Below are positions 54,552 through 62,720 of a stretch of DNA of 64,000 nucleotides, piece after piece; within the stretch, counting starts at the first letter, position 1, and every line of letters starts with the position of its first letter. The translations under genes and the position numbers were made by a program. The notes under the pieces were generated by a model that was given only the letters and a program-made list of their open reading frames with translations, ran no database searches and had not been told where the DNA came from. The DNA lies in IMG/VR virus record IMGVR_UViG_3300036793_000060, positions 13,090 to 77,089 of that record; one strand, 5' to 3'. This stretch comes from a virus. Its lineage: Duplodnaviria > Caudoviricetes.

Positions 54552-54577
54552 AACACGAAATGACACTGTGTTATTCC
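54552..54577 (-). promoter_or_regulatory. ECF-sigma-type promoter GGAAT-N18-GTT
   Basis: Minus strand: GGAAT aacacagtgtcatttcgt GTTGTCC. Confidence 0.7.
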
Positions 54578-54581
54578 TGGC

Positions 54582-55382
54582 TCACGGCTGGCAAACCCAG
54601 GCACTCCATGTGTTTCCCGAGGACTGGAACTTGGAGACGGCGTTCGCCGCGTTGACCACCGCGTCGTACAGGGACCGGCCGAAGTCGACTACCTGCCCGA
54701 GGATCTGGAACAGCCCGGTGGCGCCGCTCGGGTTGTAGGCCTGCGTGTTGTGCCCGCTCTCGCACATGCTGACCGCCTCAGCCCCTGGAACGGCCCAGGA
54801 CGGCCCTCCGGCGCACGTCCAGACCATGGCGACCTGCGCGTCCGTCAGGGTGCCCGAGGGGTCGTAGCAGCCGCTGGCGGGCGCTGCGGCGCCCTTCGCC
54901 GCTGGCGCGTGGGCGGGGGCCGCTGCGGTCACGGCGTGGCCGCCGTCGCCGCTGATGCTGTCGCTGTCGCTGTCCCCGCTGCTGGCCCGCACGGGCTGCC
55001 TGGCGACGTCCTGGACTGCTGGCCGGGACGCCCTGGCGGGCGCTGCCGGCGCGGCGAGGACGCTCGCGTCCGTGGCGCAGTGGACGGTGACCTTCTGGCC
55101 GGGGTAGATCAGGTTCGGGTCCGACCCGAGGGAGTGCCGTGACGCGCTGTAGATGCCGGTCCAGTCGGCCGCGCTGTGGCACTGGGCCTGCGCGATCGAG
55201 GAGAGAGTGTCCCCCGGCTTGACGGTGTAGTGAGCCAGCCCGGCGACCGCCGCGACCGCCGCGACGCCGCTCAGGACCGCTGCGGCCCGCTTCCCGCTGC
55301 TGCGGCCGGCGTAGCCGGTGCCCGTGACGTTCCTGTAAAAGCGGCTCGCACCTGCGAGGACCCGTTCAGCAAGCGTGGTCAT
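54582..55382 (-). CDS. Secreted LysM plus lytic transglycosylase (Rpf/SLT-like) protein
   Basis: Signal peptide; YTVKPGDTLSSIA...PNLIYPGQ LysM; CESG...ATGLFQ...WSAW lysozyme-fold motif. Confidence 0.88.
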   Translation of the reverse strand: MTTLAERVLAGASRFYRNVTGTGYAGRSSGKRAAAVLSGVAAVAAVAGLAHYTVKPGDTLSSIAQAQCHSAADWTGIYSASRHSLGSDPNLIYPGQKVTVHCATDASVLAAPAAPARASRPAVQDVARQPVRASSGDSDSDSISGDGGHAVTAAAPAHAPAAKGAAAPASGCYDPSGTLTDAQVAMVWTCAGGPSWAVPGAEAVSMCESGHNTQAYNPSGATGLFQILGQVVDFGRSLYDAVVNAANAVSKFQSSGNTWSAWVCQP

Positions 55383-55513
55383 TCCTGTATCCTTGCCCTT
55401 GGTTGATGAAAGCCGCTCTGGCGGGGGATCTTGCCAGGGAATTCCCGCCGTGACGGCTGCTCCGCCGACGATAACAGGCCGGACACGACTCTCGCCACTG
55501 AATCGTCAACGAA

Positions 55514-55553
55514 AAGGCCCCGGAACCGCCTGGTCAGCGGAATCCGGGGCCTT
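55514..55553 (-). terminator. Intrinsic terminator
   Basis: aaggccccgga/tccggggcctt stem followed by TTCGTT on the minus strand. Confidence 0.75.
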
Positions 55554-55561
55554 ATTCGCGC

Positions 55562-55654
55562 TTACGGGCAGCCAATCCAGGGCTGCTCCGCCAGCTCGGG
55601 CGCAGCAGGGCTGTAAGGCCCCTGCATCTGCGCGTTCTGGGTTCCCCTGGCCAT
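55562..55654 (-). CDS. 30-aa peptide MARGTQNAQMQGPYSPAAPELAEQPWIGCP
   Basis: Strong RBS GAGAGGAGGAG; stop followed by a terminator. Absent from the ORF track. Confidence 0.6.
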   Translation of the reverse strand: MARGTQNAQMQGPYSPAAPELAEQPWIGCP

Positions 55655-55709
55655 AGCTCCTCCTCTCAGCGGGGACAGGGTCATCTGGGTACTGCGCTGC
55701 CAGGGGAGG

Positions 55710-56375
55710 TTACTCCCTGGCCGTGGCGAGCCTCGTGGCCTCCTTCATGGCCTCCTCGACCGCGCGCTGGACCTCTGTGTCGAGGTTCCAGCTGCCGCCG
55801 GCCGGGGCAGTGCGCCGGACCTGGTCGCCGAAGAAGGCCGACCAGTCCCTGGCGCTCTGGGCCGCCGCGATGCGCAGGGCCTTGGCCTTCTCCGCGTCCT
55901 CTTTCGACATGGGCGGCAGCACCGCCATGCCGCCGTAGCCGTAGGACGCGCTGTACTGCGTGTCCTTGGTGCCGTCGTCCCACTCGACCATCGGCTTCCC
56001 GCTGCCCGCGTTCAGCCCGTAGACGACGCCGTGGCGGACGGAGCCGGACTGGCTCACCTCGGTGAACTCGACGTGCAGCCTGGCCCGGCGCTTGCGCGCG
56101 ATGACCTTGGCCCGGTTCAGCATGTCGTCCCAGTCCCTGGCCTGCACGCGGGTCTCGGGAGACCCGCGCAGCACGCCCTCGAACGTCCCGTGCCTGCTCA
56201 CCGTGGCGTCCCACTTCGTGCCGAACGCCTCGAACGCGCCGGCCGGGAACACCTGGATGGTGGCCGGGTCCAGCAGCCTGAGGGTTACCGTCCCGTGCTC
56301 GTCCGCAGGGCCTGCCTGCACGACGTACTGCCCCGGCTCCAGCTCGTCCGGGAACTCGTCGATCCTTGCCTTCAT
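55710..56375 (-). CDS. Hypothetical protein
   Basis: ATGA overlap; coding bias. Confidence 0.75.
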   Translation of the reverse strand: MKARIDEFPDELEPGQYVVQAGPADEHGTVTLRLLDPATIQVFPAGAFEAFGTKWDATVSRHGTFEGVLRGSPETRVQARDWDDMLNRAKVIARKRRARLHVEFTEVSQSGSVRHGVVYGLNAGSGKPMVEWDDGTKDTQYSASYGYGGMAVLPPMSKEDAEKAKALRIAAAQSARDWSAFFGDQVRRTAPAGGSWNLDTEVQRAVEEAMKEATRLATARE

Positions 56376-56836
56376 CGTGCCTGCTCTCCCTGCTCCAGTA
56401 GGATCCTCGCGCCGTCCAGCACGATGTTCGATATCGCGTGCACCGCGCTGTACTCGCGCTCCAGGTCTGCGGCGAGGCGGGCGATGGCCGTAGTGTCCTC
56501 AGTGCCGGCGTGCCCGGACGCCGCGACCTCGCCTGCCCGCCGCGACAGGTTCTCCGCGTGGGCTGACGCCGCTGCCAGGTCCCCGGCCATCTCCATGGCC
56601 TTGTCCCGCAGCTGGGCTGCCTGCCGCTTGGTGACGCGGCTGCGCCCGCCCGGCCAGGGCGTGACCTCGAAGCCCTCCGGCGTCTTGGCCACCATCACGC
56701 CGTGCTGCTCGTCGCCGACCTCGCCGAACTCGGCCGCCGCTATCAGCAGCCTGCGCGCCCTGCTCGGGTCGGCCGAGTACGGGCTGGCGGACAGCACGTC
56801 CACCGCGACCTCGCGCTCATAGCTGATCATCGTCAT
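56372..56836 (-). CDS. Hypothetical protein
   Basis: RBS GAGGGAG downstream of the promoter. Confidence 0.75.
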   Translation of the reverse strand: MTMISYEREVAVDVLSASPYSADPSRARRLLIAAAEFGEVGDEQHGVMVAKTPEGFEVTPWPGGRSRVTKRQAAQLRDKAMEMAGDLAAASAHAENLSRRAGEVAASGHAGTEDTTAIARLAADLEREYSAVHAISNIVLDGARILLEQGEQAR

Positions 56837-56875
56837 TCTCCCTCTGCCCGGCTCCCTGCCGGGCTGCTAGTGGAC

Positions 56876-56901
56876 TACACCGGTCGGCCGGTGATTATTC
56901 C
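56876..56901 (-). promoter_or_regulatory. ECF-type promoter variant GGAAT-N18-GTA with palindromic spacer
   Basis: Minus strand: GGAAT aatCACCGGccgaCCGGT GTAGTCC. Confidence 0.65.
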
Positions 56902-57161
56902 TCAGGCTCCGGCGTGCCTCCCAGCCAGCTGACCGCTGATGCGGCGAGCTGGGCCAGCTGCCTGCGGTCGAGCCGCAGGACAGGCTCCTCGGTGCGAGTG
57001 CCCTTGACCGGCGCCCAGTGCGTCCCGGTGGCGTTGGACACCTCGTCGATCGACACCCGCCAGACGATGAACTCATTGCCGTTGAACGGGTGCTCGATGC
57101 CCACGTCAGTGATCATCGGCCAGGTGCGCGTGCGCCGCTGGCTTGCCGTCTCGGTGGTCAT
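56895..57161 (-). CDS. Hypothetical protein
   Basis: RBS AGGA; coding bias. Confidence 0.65.
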   Translation of the reverse strand: MTTETASQRRTRTWPMITDVGIEHPFNGNEFIVWRVSIDEVSNATGTHWAPVKGTRTEEPVLRLDRRQLAQLAASAVSWLGGTPEPEE

Positions 57162-57167
57162 AGCGTC

Positions 57168-57464
57168 CTACCCCCTGTCCCGCACGAGCCGCTTCCACGC
57201 CTCGTACCGCTCGCGCCTGCGCCTCTCCCACTCGCCCGCAGGCCACATCAGGTCGCGGGCTGAGTCGGGGTCATCGTGGATGAGCCGGTTCAGCTCCAGG
57301 CTGGTCAGCCCCTCTGCCTGCGCGCCGTCCCAGATCAGCTCGGCAGATACCGCGCCGAGCAGGATCTGAGCCGCCGACTGCAGGAACCCGGCCATGGCCG
57401 CCGCGTCGTCGCACCTGCTGATGTTGCCCTTCTCGCGCTTCAGGGCCTCGGTGTACGCGCTCAT
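57168..57464 (-). CDS. Hypothetical protein
   Basis: ATGA overlap. Confidence 0.7.
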   Translation of the reverse strand: MSAYTEALKREKGNISRCDDAAAMAGFLQSAAQILLGAVSAELIWDGAQAEGLTSLELNRLIHDDPDSARDLMWPAGEWERRRRERYEAWKRLVRDRG

Positions 57465-58003
57465 AGCTGGCTCGCCCTCGCCTCGGCCAGGACGATGCGC
57501 GCGTCGACCAGCGCGTCCCTGTAGACGTCCGCCAGCAGGTCCCTGGTGGCCCTCACCTGCTCGATGTCGCTGGCCAGGCGCTCGGCGTCATCCCTGGTGA
57601 CGCCCTTGCGCCTCAGGGTGGCCGCCGTGCCCCGCAGGCCGGCTGTGGTGCCGGCCGCGTCGCGGACGGCGCTCTGCAGTGCCCCCGCGCTCTTGTCCAG
57701 GTTCTCGGTGGCCTCGCTGACCTTCACCATGATGAACGCCAGGTGAGCGGGCTTGCCGTCCCGCTGGCCCGCGTCCCGCCTCTTCCAGGCCGTCTCGGTC
57801 CTGTCGTGCAGCGACATGAACTCCGGGGTGACCACCGCGTAGGGGAACACCTGCCGGGCCTTGCGCTGCAGTCCGGTGCTGGAGCGGTACACCTGGCTGC
57901 CGTCTGGCATCGGCTCGCGGGTGACCTCGATGTCCTTGCCGTCATACTGCCAGTACCTGGCGCCGTGCTGCGTGCGCGCCTCCTGCCACTTGCTGTCGCT
58001 CAT
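57461..58003 (-). CDS. Hypothetical protein with C-terminal coiled coil
   Basis: ATGA overlap; start re-chosen at 58003. Confidence 0.7.
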   Translation of the reverse strand: MSDSKWQEARTQHGARYWQYDGKDIEVTREPMPDGSQVYRSSTGLQRKARQVFPYAVVTPEFMSLHDRTETAWKRRDAGQRDGKPAHLAFIMVKVSEATENLDKSAGALQSAVRDAAGTTAGLRGTAATLRRKGVTRDDAERLASDIEQVRATRDLLADVYRDALVDARIVLAEARASQL

Positions 58004-58575
58004 CGCCTGCCTGCCTTCTTGTCCTCCAGGAACTGCTCCCAGCTGCCCGCGCCGTGCGTGCGCAGGTACTCCTCGTACAGCGCGTCCCACTCCGGGGTGC
58101 CGTTCTTTGGCTCGGTGAACTTCGCCCTAGGACTCCCGGCCCGCTGCCAGGCGCCGAACGCGGCCTGCTTGGCGGCCTCGGCCCGCTGCCAGGCCTTGCG
58201 AGCCTGCTCCAGCAGCTCCAGCGCGTCATCGGCGCGGTCGCCTGCCTCCAGGTAGCGCGCGTACTCCGGCGCGTGCTGGCGGTAGTGCTCGCTGGCGTCG
58301 CTGTTACTGGCCAGGATCCGCCACCGATAGAGCCGGCCGCCGTAGTACAGCGTCAGCTCCCGGTCAGCCGCGATGGCGAAGACGGCGGCGTAGTTGTTGC
58401 CGTTCTCCCTGCGGACGTCGCGGGCGATGGCCAGCATCGCGCTGACCTCCTCGGAGTCGATCCCGAGGTCGCCCGACAGCGCCTCGACAGCCGGGCGCCT
58501 GAGCAGCCCGCCCTTCAGCTGGTCGTGCTCGTCGTACCCCAGCTTCCTGAAGCTCACGTAGTCCGTGTGGATCAT
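58000..58575 (-). CDS. Hypothetical protein
   Basis: ATGA overlap; RBS GGAGG. Confidence 0.7.
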   Translation of the reverse strand: MIHTDYVSFRKLGYDEHDQLKGGLLRRPAVEALSGDLGIDSEEVSAMLAIARDVRRENGNNYAAVFAIAADRELTLYYGGRLYRWRILASNSDASEHYRQHAPEYARYLEAGDRADDALELLEQARKAWQRAEAAKQAAFGAWQRAGSPRAKFTEPKNGTPEWDALYEEYLRTHGAGSWEQFLEDKKAGRR

Positions 58576-58826
58576 CGCGCGTCCTCCTGCCCGAAGATCG
58601 TGACGTCCAGGCCGTCTGCGGATGTGTTGAACAGGACGTGCTGGTCGCGGGGCCTGGTGCCGTGCATGATGCCGGCCTCGGTGTACCCCTCGTACCTCAC
58701 GTCCAGGGTGCCGTTGCCGCGCACCTGGAAGATCCCGTACTCGTCGGTTCGGCCGTTCCTGCCCGCAGCTCGGGCGATCCCGATCCGGCCGCTGAGCGCG
58801 TTCAGCGCGCTGACTGCGTACTCCAT
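58572..58826 (-). CDS. Hypothetical protein
   Basis: RBS GAGGGAGAAGGA downstream of the promoter. Confidence 0.7.
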   Translation of the reverse strand: MEYAVSALNALSGRIGIARAAGRNGRTDEYGIFQVRGNGTLDVRYEGYTEAGIMHGTRPRDQHVLFNTSADGLDVTIFGQEDAR

Positions 58827-58868
58827 GTCCTTCTCCCTCGGGGCACTCCCTGTGCCCTCGTGCTGTGT

Positions 58869-58894
58869 AACACCGGCCTGCCGGTGGCTATTCC
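58869..58894 (-). promoter_or_regulatory. ECF-sigma-type promoter GGAAT-N18-GTT with palindromic spacer
   Basis: Minus strand: GGAAT agcCACCGGcaggCCGGT GTTACAC. Confidence 0.75.
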
Positions 58895-59424
58895 GGCTGC
58901 CCCAGCTCCTCGATCAGCTGGCGGGCCGCGCCCAGCGCGTCGCTGAGGTTGTGGTTGTCCCTGGTCAGCCGCCCCAGCTCCTCGCCAAGCTGCCTGGCCT
59001 CGCCCCTGGCGTCGCTCAGCTCCTTCAGGACCGCCAGCATCTCCGTGGGCGGGAGCTGGTGCCAGGTGCCGCCGTCGCCCAGCTCCCACAGCTCGCCCGT
59101 GTCGGTCGTGCGGATCCGCTGGGGCGTGGTGACCATCCTCGCCTCGGTCGCCGAGATCGAGTCGCGCACGGTGCCCAGGTCCCTTGACATGCAGTAGTGG
59201 ACCGTGCCGGCGAAGATCCGGTCCTCGTACGTCAGCATGTCCCTGCGCAGCTGCTCCAGCTCCTCCCAGAGCGCCTGCACCGGGTTCTCGCCCAGTGCGA
59301 TCCGCAGGGCGCTGTAGGCCTGCTGTGCCTCGGCCAGGCCGTTGCCCTTCCACGTCCGCTCCAGCGCGTCGCTGGCCTCCCTCACCAGGCCTGCCTGCGC
59401 CTGCCGTGCCTTCTCCTCGTTCAT
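58888..59424 (-). CDS. Coiled-coil hypothetical protein
   Basis: RBS GGAGG; ATGA overlap. Confidence 0.7.
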   Translation of the reverse strand: MNEEKARQAQAGLVREASDALERTWKGNGLAEAQQAYSALRIALGENPVQALWEELEQLRRDMLTYEDRIFAGTVHYCMSRDLGTVRDSISATEARMVTTPQRIRTTDTGELWELGDGGTWHQLPPTEMLAVLKELSDARGEARQLGEELGRLTRDNHNLSDALGAARQLIEELGQPE

Positions 59425-59645
59425 GTCCCTGGCCTCCTGTGATGCGGGTACTGGTAGTAGTAGGCGGGCCGCCCCGACGCGGCGAGGCTGCCCACGTGCA
59501 TGTAGACGTCCGGGTCGCGGCCGGCGCCGCTCACCCCTGGCGGCATGGTCGGCGAGCACGTGATCTCACTGGGCATCCGCTTGCCGTCGGGCACCTCCAT
59601 GGTCGACCCGTCCTTAGGACCGCCGATCAGCTCGATGACCATCAC
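59421..59645 (-). CDS. Small protein (IELIGGPKDG motif)
   Basis: Common phage GGPxDG pattern. Confidence 0.65.
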   Translation of the reverse strand: MMVIELIGGPKDGSTMEVPDGKRMPSEITCSPTMPPGVSGAGRDPDVYMHVGSLAASGRPAYYYQYPHHRRPGT

Positions 59646-59677
59646 TGCTCCCTTGTCCCTGTGCCTACCCTGATGCT

Positions 59678-59980
59678 ATGACCTACCCGAGCATGCCAGT
59701 GCCGATGGTCGCCCTGGTGACGCTGTCCCGGTCGCTGTGGTCGGGCCGGCTGCCGAACGTGACCGCAGGGCAGCCGTTCTGGTGCCGCCATGACCAGGTG
59801 GCGCCGCTGGAGGACGCCGGCTACGCCCGCCCGTGGACGGACGCTGACCCGCCGATGCCGCCCGCCGAGCCGGACAACACGGTGCACGGCTCGGCGGGGT
59901 TCTCAGCGGGCACTACGAACGGGTCGCCAGGCCTGTCGCTGCTCACCCCGGACGCACCAGCGCCACGGCGCCAGAACTAG
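59678..59980 (+). CDS. Lone plus-strand gene, hypothetical
   Basis: Fills the gap between minus-strand genes; coding bias on the + strand. Confidence 0.55.
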   Translation: MTYPSMPVPMVALVTLSRSLWSGRLPNVTAGQPFWCRHDQVAPLEDAGYARPWTDADPPMPPAEPDNTVHGSAGFSAGTTNGSPGLSLLTPDAPAPRRQN

Positions 59981-60161
59981 CGACGATGCTGGCCGCCATC
60001 CGCGCCTCCTGCTCGCGGATGAGCTGGGCGTACGACTTCTGGTGCTGGCAGGTGCATCGGCGGCTGCCCGCCTTCTCCGTGCCGTTCAGGGCGCTGGACA
60101 TCTGCCTCGCCAGCTCCGGGCAGTTGGCGTGGTTGGTGTTGCGGCAGGGCTTGCAGATCAC
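59943..60161 (-). CDS. Small Cys/His Zn-binding protein
   Basis: CKPC...H..C...CTCQH. Confidence 0.65.
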   Translation of the reverse strand: MICKPCRNTNHANCPELARQMSSALNGTEKAGSRRCTCQHQKSYAQLIREQEARMAASIVASSGAVALVRPG

Positions 60162-60379
60162 GCTGACAGCGCCCAGTCATCCGCGAGGATGTCGGCCTGG
60201 CCGGGCACCCAGGGAACCCGGTCTCCGCCGTCTGCCTCGATGTACAGGTACGGGAGCGTCATCTTGCTGCTCTCGTCCGGCACCTGCAGCTGGATCCACG
60301 TGTGGACAGGGTGCTTCCACCCCTCGCGGAACAGCCGCCGGTTCCTTCGCAGGAAGATCAGGGCCTCACTGAAGTTCAC
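60158..60379 (-). CDS. DUF2829 / Tad2-like protein (candidate immune-signal sponge)
   Basis: MNFSEAL..L....RLFREGW...KMTLPYLY...VPWVPGQADILADDW. Confidence 0.85.
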   Translation of the reverse strand: MNFSEALIFLRRNRRLFREGWKHPVHTWIQLQVPDESSKMTLPYLYIEADGGDRVPWVPGQADILADDWALSA

Positions 60380-60383
60380 GGCG

Positions 60384-61064
60384 TCACCCGGCTGGCGTCA
60401 GCTGCACCAGGTGCAGCGTGGCGCTGATGAGGTTGTACGTGCCGGACCCCTGGTCGCTGTCGTAGCCGAACGCGTACAGCCGCAGCGTGACGGGGCTGCT
60501 CTCCGTGACGATGGTGCACCCGTTCAGGTACGCGTCGTGGCTGGTCCCGCCCTGGGTGTCGGCACTGACGTTGAGCAGGTCACCTGTGTAATTGCTGCTC
60601 TTTGCCTGGTCATACAGGAACAGCTGGGCCGACACGGACCCGCTGGCCGCAACGGGCTGCTCTGCCTTGCCGGAAAGGCACGCCTCGTACGTGCCCGCTG
60701 CCAGGTCATACGTGCTGCCCGCCTGCGTGGACAGGCTCACGAAGCTCCCGCCGGTCACTACAGCGAGCGCCGCCGTCGGGTCGACGAAGTCGTGCGATGC
60801 GATGGCCTGCACGCCGGACGGGCCTGCCTTGCCGGCCGGCCCCGTGGCGCCCGTTCCGCCGATCGAGACCGAGGTCGTGCCCGCCGGGCAGCTCCTGCTC
60901 GGCGATGACATCGGGGTGAACCCCGCGTGAATCGCCGGGTCGCAGCCGTACACCGTGCGGCTGACCGGGCCTGCGCTGGTGTCCGCTCGGGCAACGCCCG
61001 CCAGCGCCAGCACCACCGCCGCGATGGGAAACGCCACCAGCAGCAGGATCCTCTTCTTGCTCAT
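60384..61064 (-). CDS. Secreted protein with short collagen-like stretch and beta-sandwich C-domain
   Basis: Signal peptide MSKKRILLL...ARA; GATGPAGKAGPSG. Confidence 0.75.
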   Translation of the reverse strand: MSKKRILLLVAFPIAAVVLALAGVARADTSAGPVSRTVYGCDPAIHAGFTPMSSPSRSCPAGTTSVSIGGTGATGPAGKAGPSGVQAIASHDFVDPTAALAVVTGGSFVSLSTQAGSTYDLAAGTYEACLSGKAEQPVAASGSVSAQLFLYDQAKSSNYTGDLLNVSADTQGGTSHDAYLNGCTIVTESSPVTLRLYAFGYDSDQGSGTYNLISATLHLVQLTPAG

Positions 61065-61669
61065 CCTTTTTCTCCTGTCTTGTCTGACTTCTCGTCCAGG
61101 GCGCCGACGACCGCGACGCCCACCTGGGCAGCCGTGCCGCTGGCGACCAGCTCGCGCAGGCCTCCCAGGAGGCCCTGCACGAAGATCCTGTCCAGGCCGG
61201 GGTGCTCGCGGGCGAACCTCTCCACGAACTGCGCGACATGCTCGACGTGCAGGAACACGTCGTCGCCGATCCGCACGAGGGGGTTAACGCGCTGGGCAGA
61301 ACCTCCGGCGGGTGAAGTAGCAGTCCCAGCTGCAGTAGGGCCTGTAACCGGAGGTGCGGCCTCCGCTTCCGGCTGCGGCTCGGGAAGCGGGACGTCGACC
61401 GAGTACGGCGCCCGCTCCGTGCCCGGTCCTGACTTGTCCACGCTGATCCCGTCGGTGGCGGTTGCCTGGTCTGGTGCCTCGCTCATGATCTTCCGTACCT
61501 CCCGGTCGATGTCGTCCCAGTCGATGGCGCTGCACAGCATGCAGGTCCGCACCCAGTACAGCAGGTGCCCTGGCACGTGGTGACTGATCCAGGCGTGCTG
61601 CTCGCCGTAGGGGCAGGCGCTAAGGTCAGCCGCCTGGACGGCTGTCATCCGGATCCCCGCCCAGGTCAC
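61061..61669 (-). CDS. Hypothetical protein (C..H..H...C..C N-terminal Zn site)
   Basis: ATGA overlap with the downstream gene; coding bias. Confidence 0.7.
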   Translation of the reverse strand: MTWAGIRMTAVQAADLSACPYGEQHAWISHHVPGHLLYWVRTCMLCSAIDWDDIDREVRKIMSEAPDQATATDGISVDKSGPGTERAPYSVDVPLPEPQPEAEAAPPVTGPTAAGTATSPAGGSAQRVNPLVRIGDDVFLHVEHVAQFVERFAREHPGLDRIFVQGLLGGLRELVASGTAAQVGVAVVGALDEKSDKTGEKG

Positions 61670-62180
61670 GGATCAGGTCGTCGCTCGGGCGGGGGATGAC
61701 TACAGGGTCGCGCATGATCATGTCCACGGTGCGCAGCCCCTCGGCCATCCGGCGCGCGATGCCGCCGGCCGCCTTCATGGCGGCCTGCGCCCCGGCCTCC
61801 TGCTCGGTGATGTCCAGGTAGCTCCTGGCGATGTGCGCGCTCGCCGCGAACTGCGGGTCGGTAGCCATCGCACGTGCGGTATCCGGCACCTGCGACAGGC
61901 AGAACAGCAGGTACCTGCCTGCGGTCCCCTCGGGGATCGTCTCCTCAGGATGGGCTGCCTGCGTCATCCGGATCCCTGCCCAGGTCATGTAGCCGAGCCG
62001 CCTCCGCCTGCGGTACTCCTCGATGGTGGCCATGACCACCGACTTGCCTCCGCCCCGGCCCATCGAGCACAGGAACGCGGTCGGCGACTGGCCCTCGTCC
62101 CAGTCCAGGACGGCCTGCACGACCTGCTCCTGATGGGGGAACAGCTCGACCTCGGTCCCGTCGTCCGTCCAGCCCCTCAT
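61626..62180 (-). CDS. Hypothetical protein with an isolated Q-motif/Walker A fragment
   Basis: LFPHQEQVV...MGRGGGKS; ATGA overlap at 62180. Confidence 0.65.
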   Translation of the reverse strand: MRGWTDDGTEVELFPHQEQVVQAVLDWDEGQSPTAFLCSMGRGGGKSVVMATIEEYRRRRRLGYMTWAGIRMTQAAHPEETIPEGTAGRYLLFCLSQVPDTARAMATDPQFAASAHIARSYLDITEQEAGAQAAMKAAGGIARRMAEGLRTVDMIMRDPVVIPRPSDDLIRDLGGDPDDSRPGG

Positions 62181-62254
62181 CGCTTCACGCCCCGTACGGC
62201 GTAGGTGAAGCACACTATGGCGACGCAGGTCAGGATGGTGTCCTGCCAGTTCAT
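62177..62254 (-). CDS. 25-aa hydrophobic peptide
   Basis: ATGA overlaps; RBS GGAGG. Confidence 0.5.
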   Translation of the reverse strand: MNWQDTILTCVAIVCFTYAVRGVKR

Positions 62255-62367
62255 GAGTGCTTCCTCCGCATGTGCCTGCGGTACCTCGCCAGCCCGCGCG
62301 CTGCGATGCGCGCGCTCCAGCCGCAGTCCCAGTGCGCGCAGTAGATGCGCGTCCCGCCCGTCTTCAC
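62251..62367 (-). CDS. 38-aa C2H2-like zinc-finger peptide
   Basis: CAHWDC...HMRRKH; GTGA overlap. Confidence 0.55.
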   Translation of the reverse strand: MKTGGTRIYCAHWDCGWSARIAARGLARYRRHMRRKHS

Positions 62368-62720
62368 GATCCCTCTCCGTCTCCCTGGTGAACGGTCCTT
62401 GCCGCCGCGCCGTCGCGGAGGAAGCCCGCAAGCTCCCAGCACGGGATCTCCAGGCGCCTCGCCAGGGCGGCCTCTGCCTGCGCGCCGAGCGAGTCCCGCC
62501 AGCCGGGCATCAGCACGACGCCCTGCGCCACCAGGCAGATCCAGGTGGTGTCCATCGCGAGGTTCATCCTCAGCCCGTCCGGGCTGGAGTCGCCGATGTC
62601 GTGCTCGGCCGGGCACATCACGAAGTGCCCCAGCTCGCGCAGGGCGCCCGCAGCCTGCATGAACGCCGGGAAGTTGTCCTCCGGGTAGCCGCGCATAGGC
62701 CCGGCCAGGTAGATCCTCAT
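62364..62720 (-). CDS. DUF4406 / nucleoside 2-deoxyribosyltransferase-like protein
   Basis: IYLAGPMRG....NFPAF...PAE...LMPGWRDSLGAQAE. Confidence 0.85.
   Translation of the reverse strand: MRIYLAGPMRGYPEDNFPAFMQAAGALRELGHFVMCPAEHDIGDSSPDGLRMNLAMDTTWICLVAQGVVLMPGWRDSLGAQAEAALARRLEIPCWELAGFLRDGAAARTVHQGDGEGS

Noticed and set aside
55383-55510. c-di-AMP (ydaO) riboswitch upstream of the LysM-transglycosylase gene, as in actinobacterial rpf genes
   Set aside because: The conserved GCUGAAUCC...GGAACC...GGGG...CCGUCAGCUAAC elements are not present on the minus strand. Only generic stems are seen.
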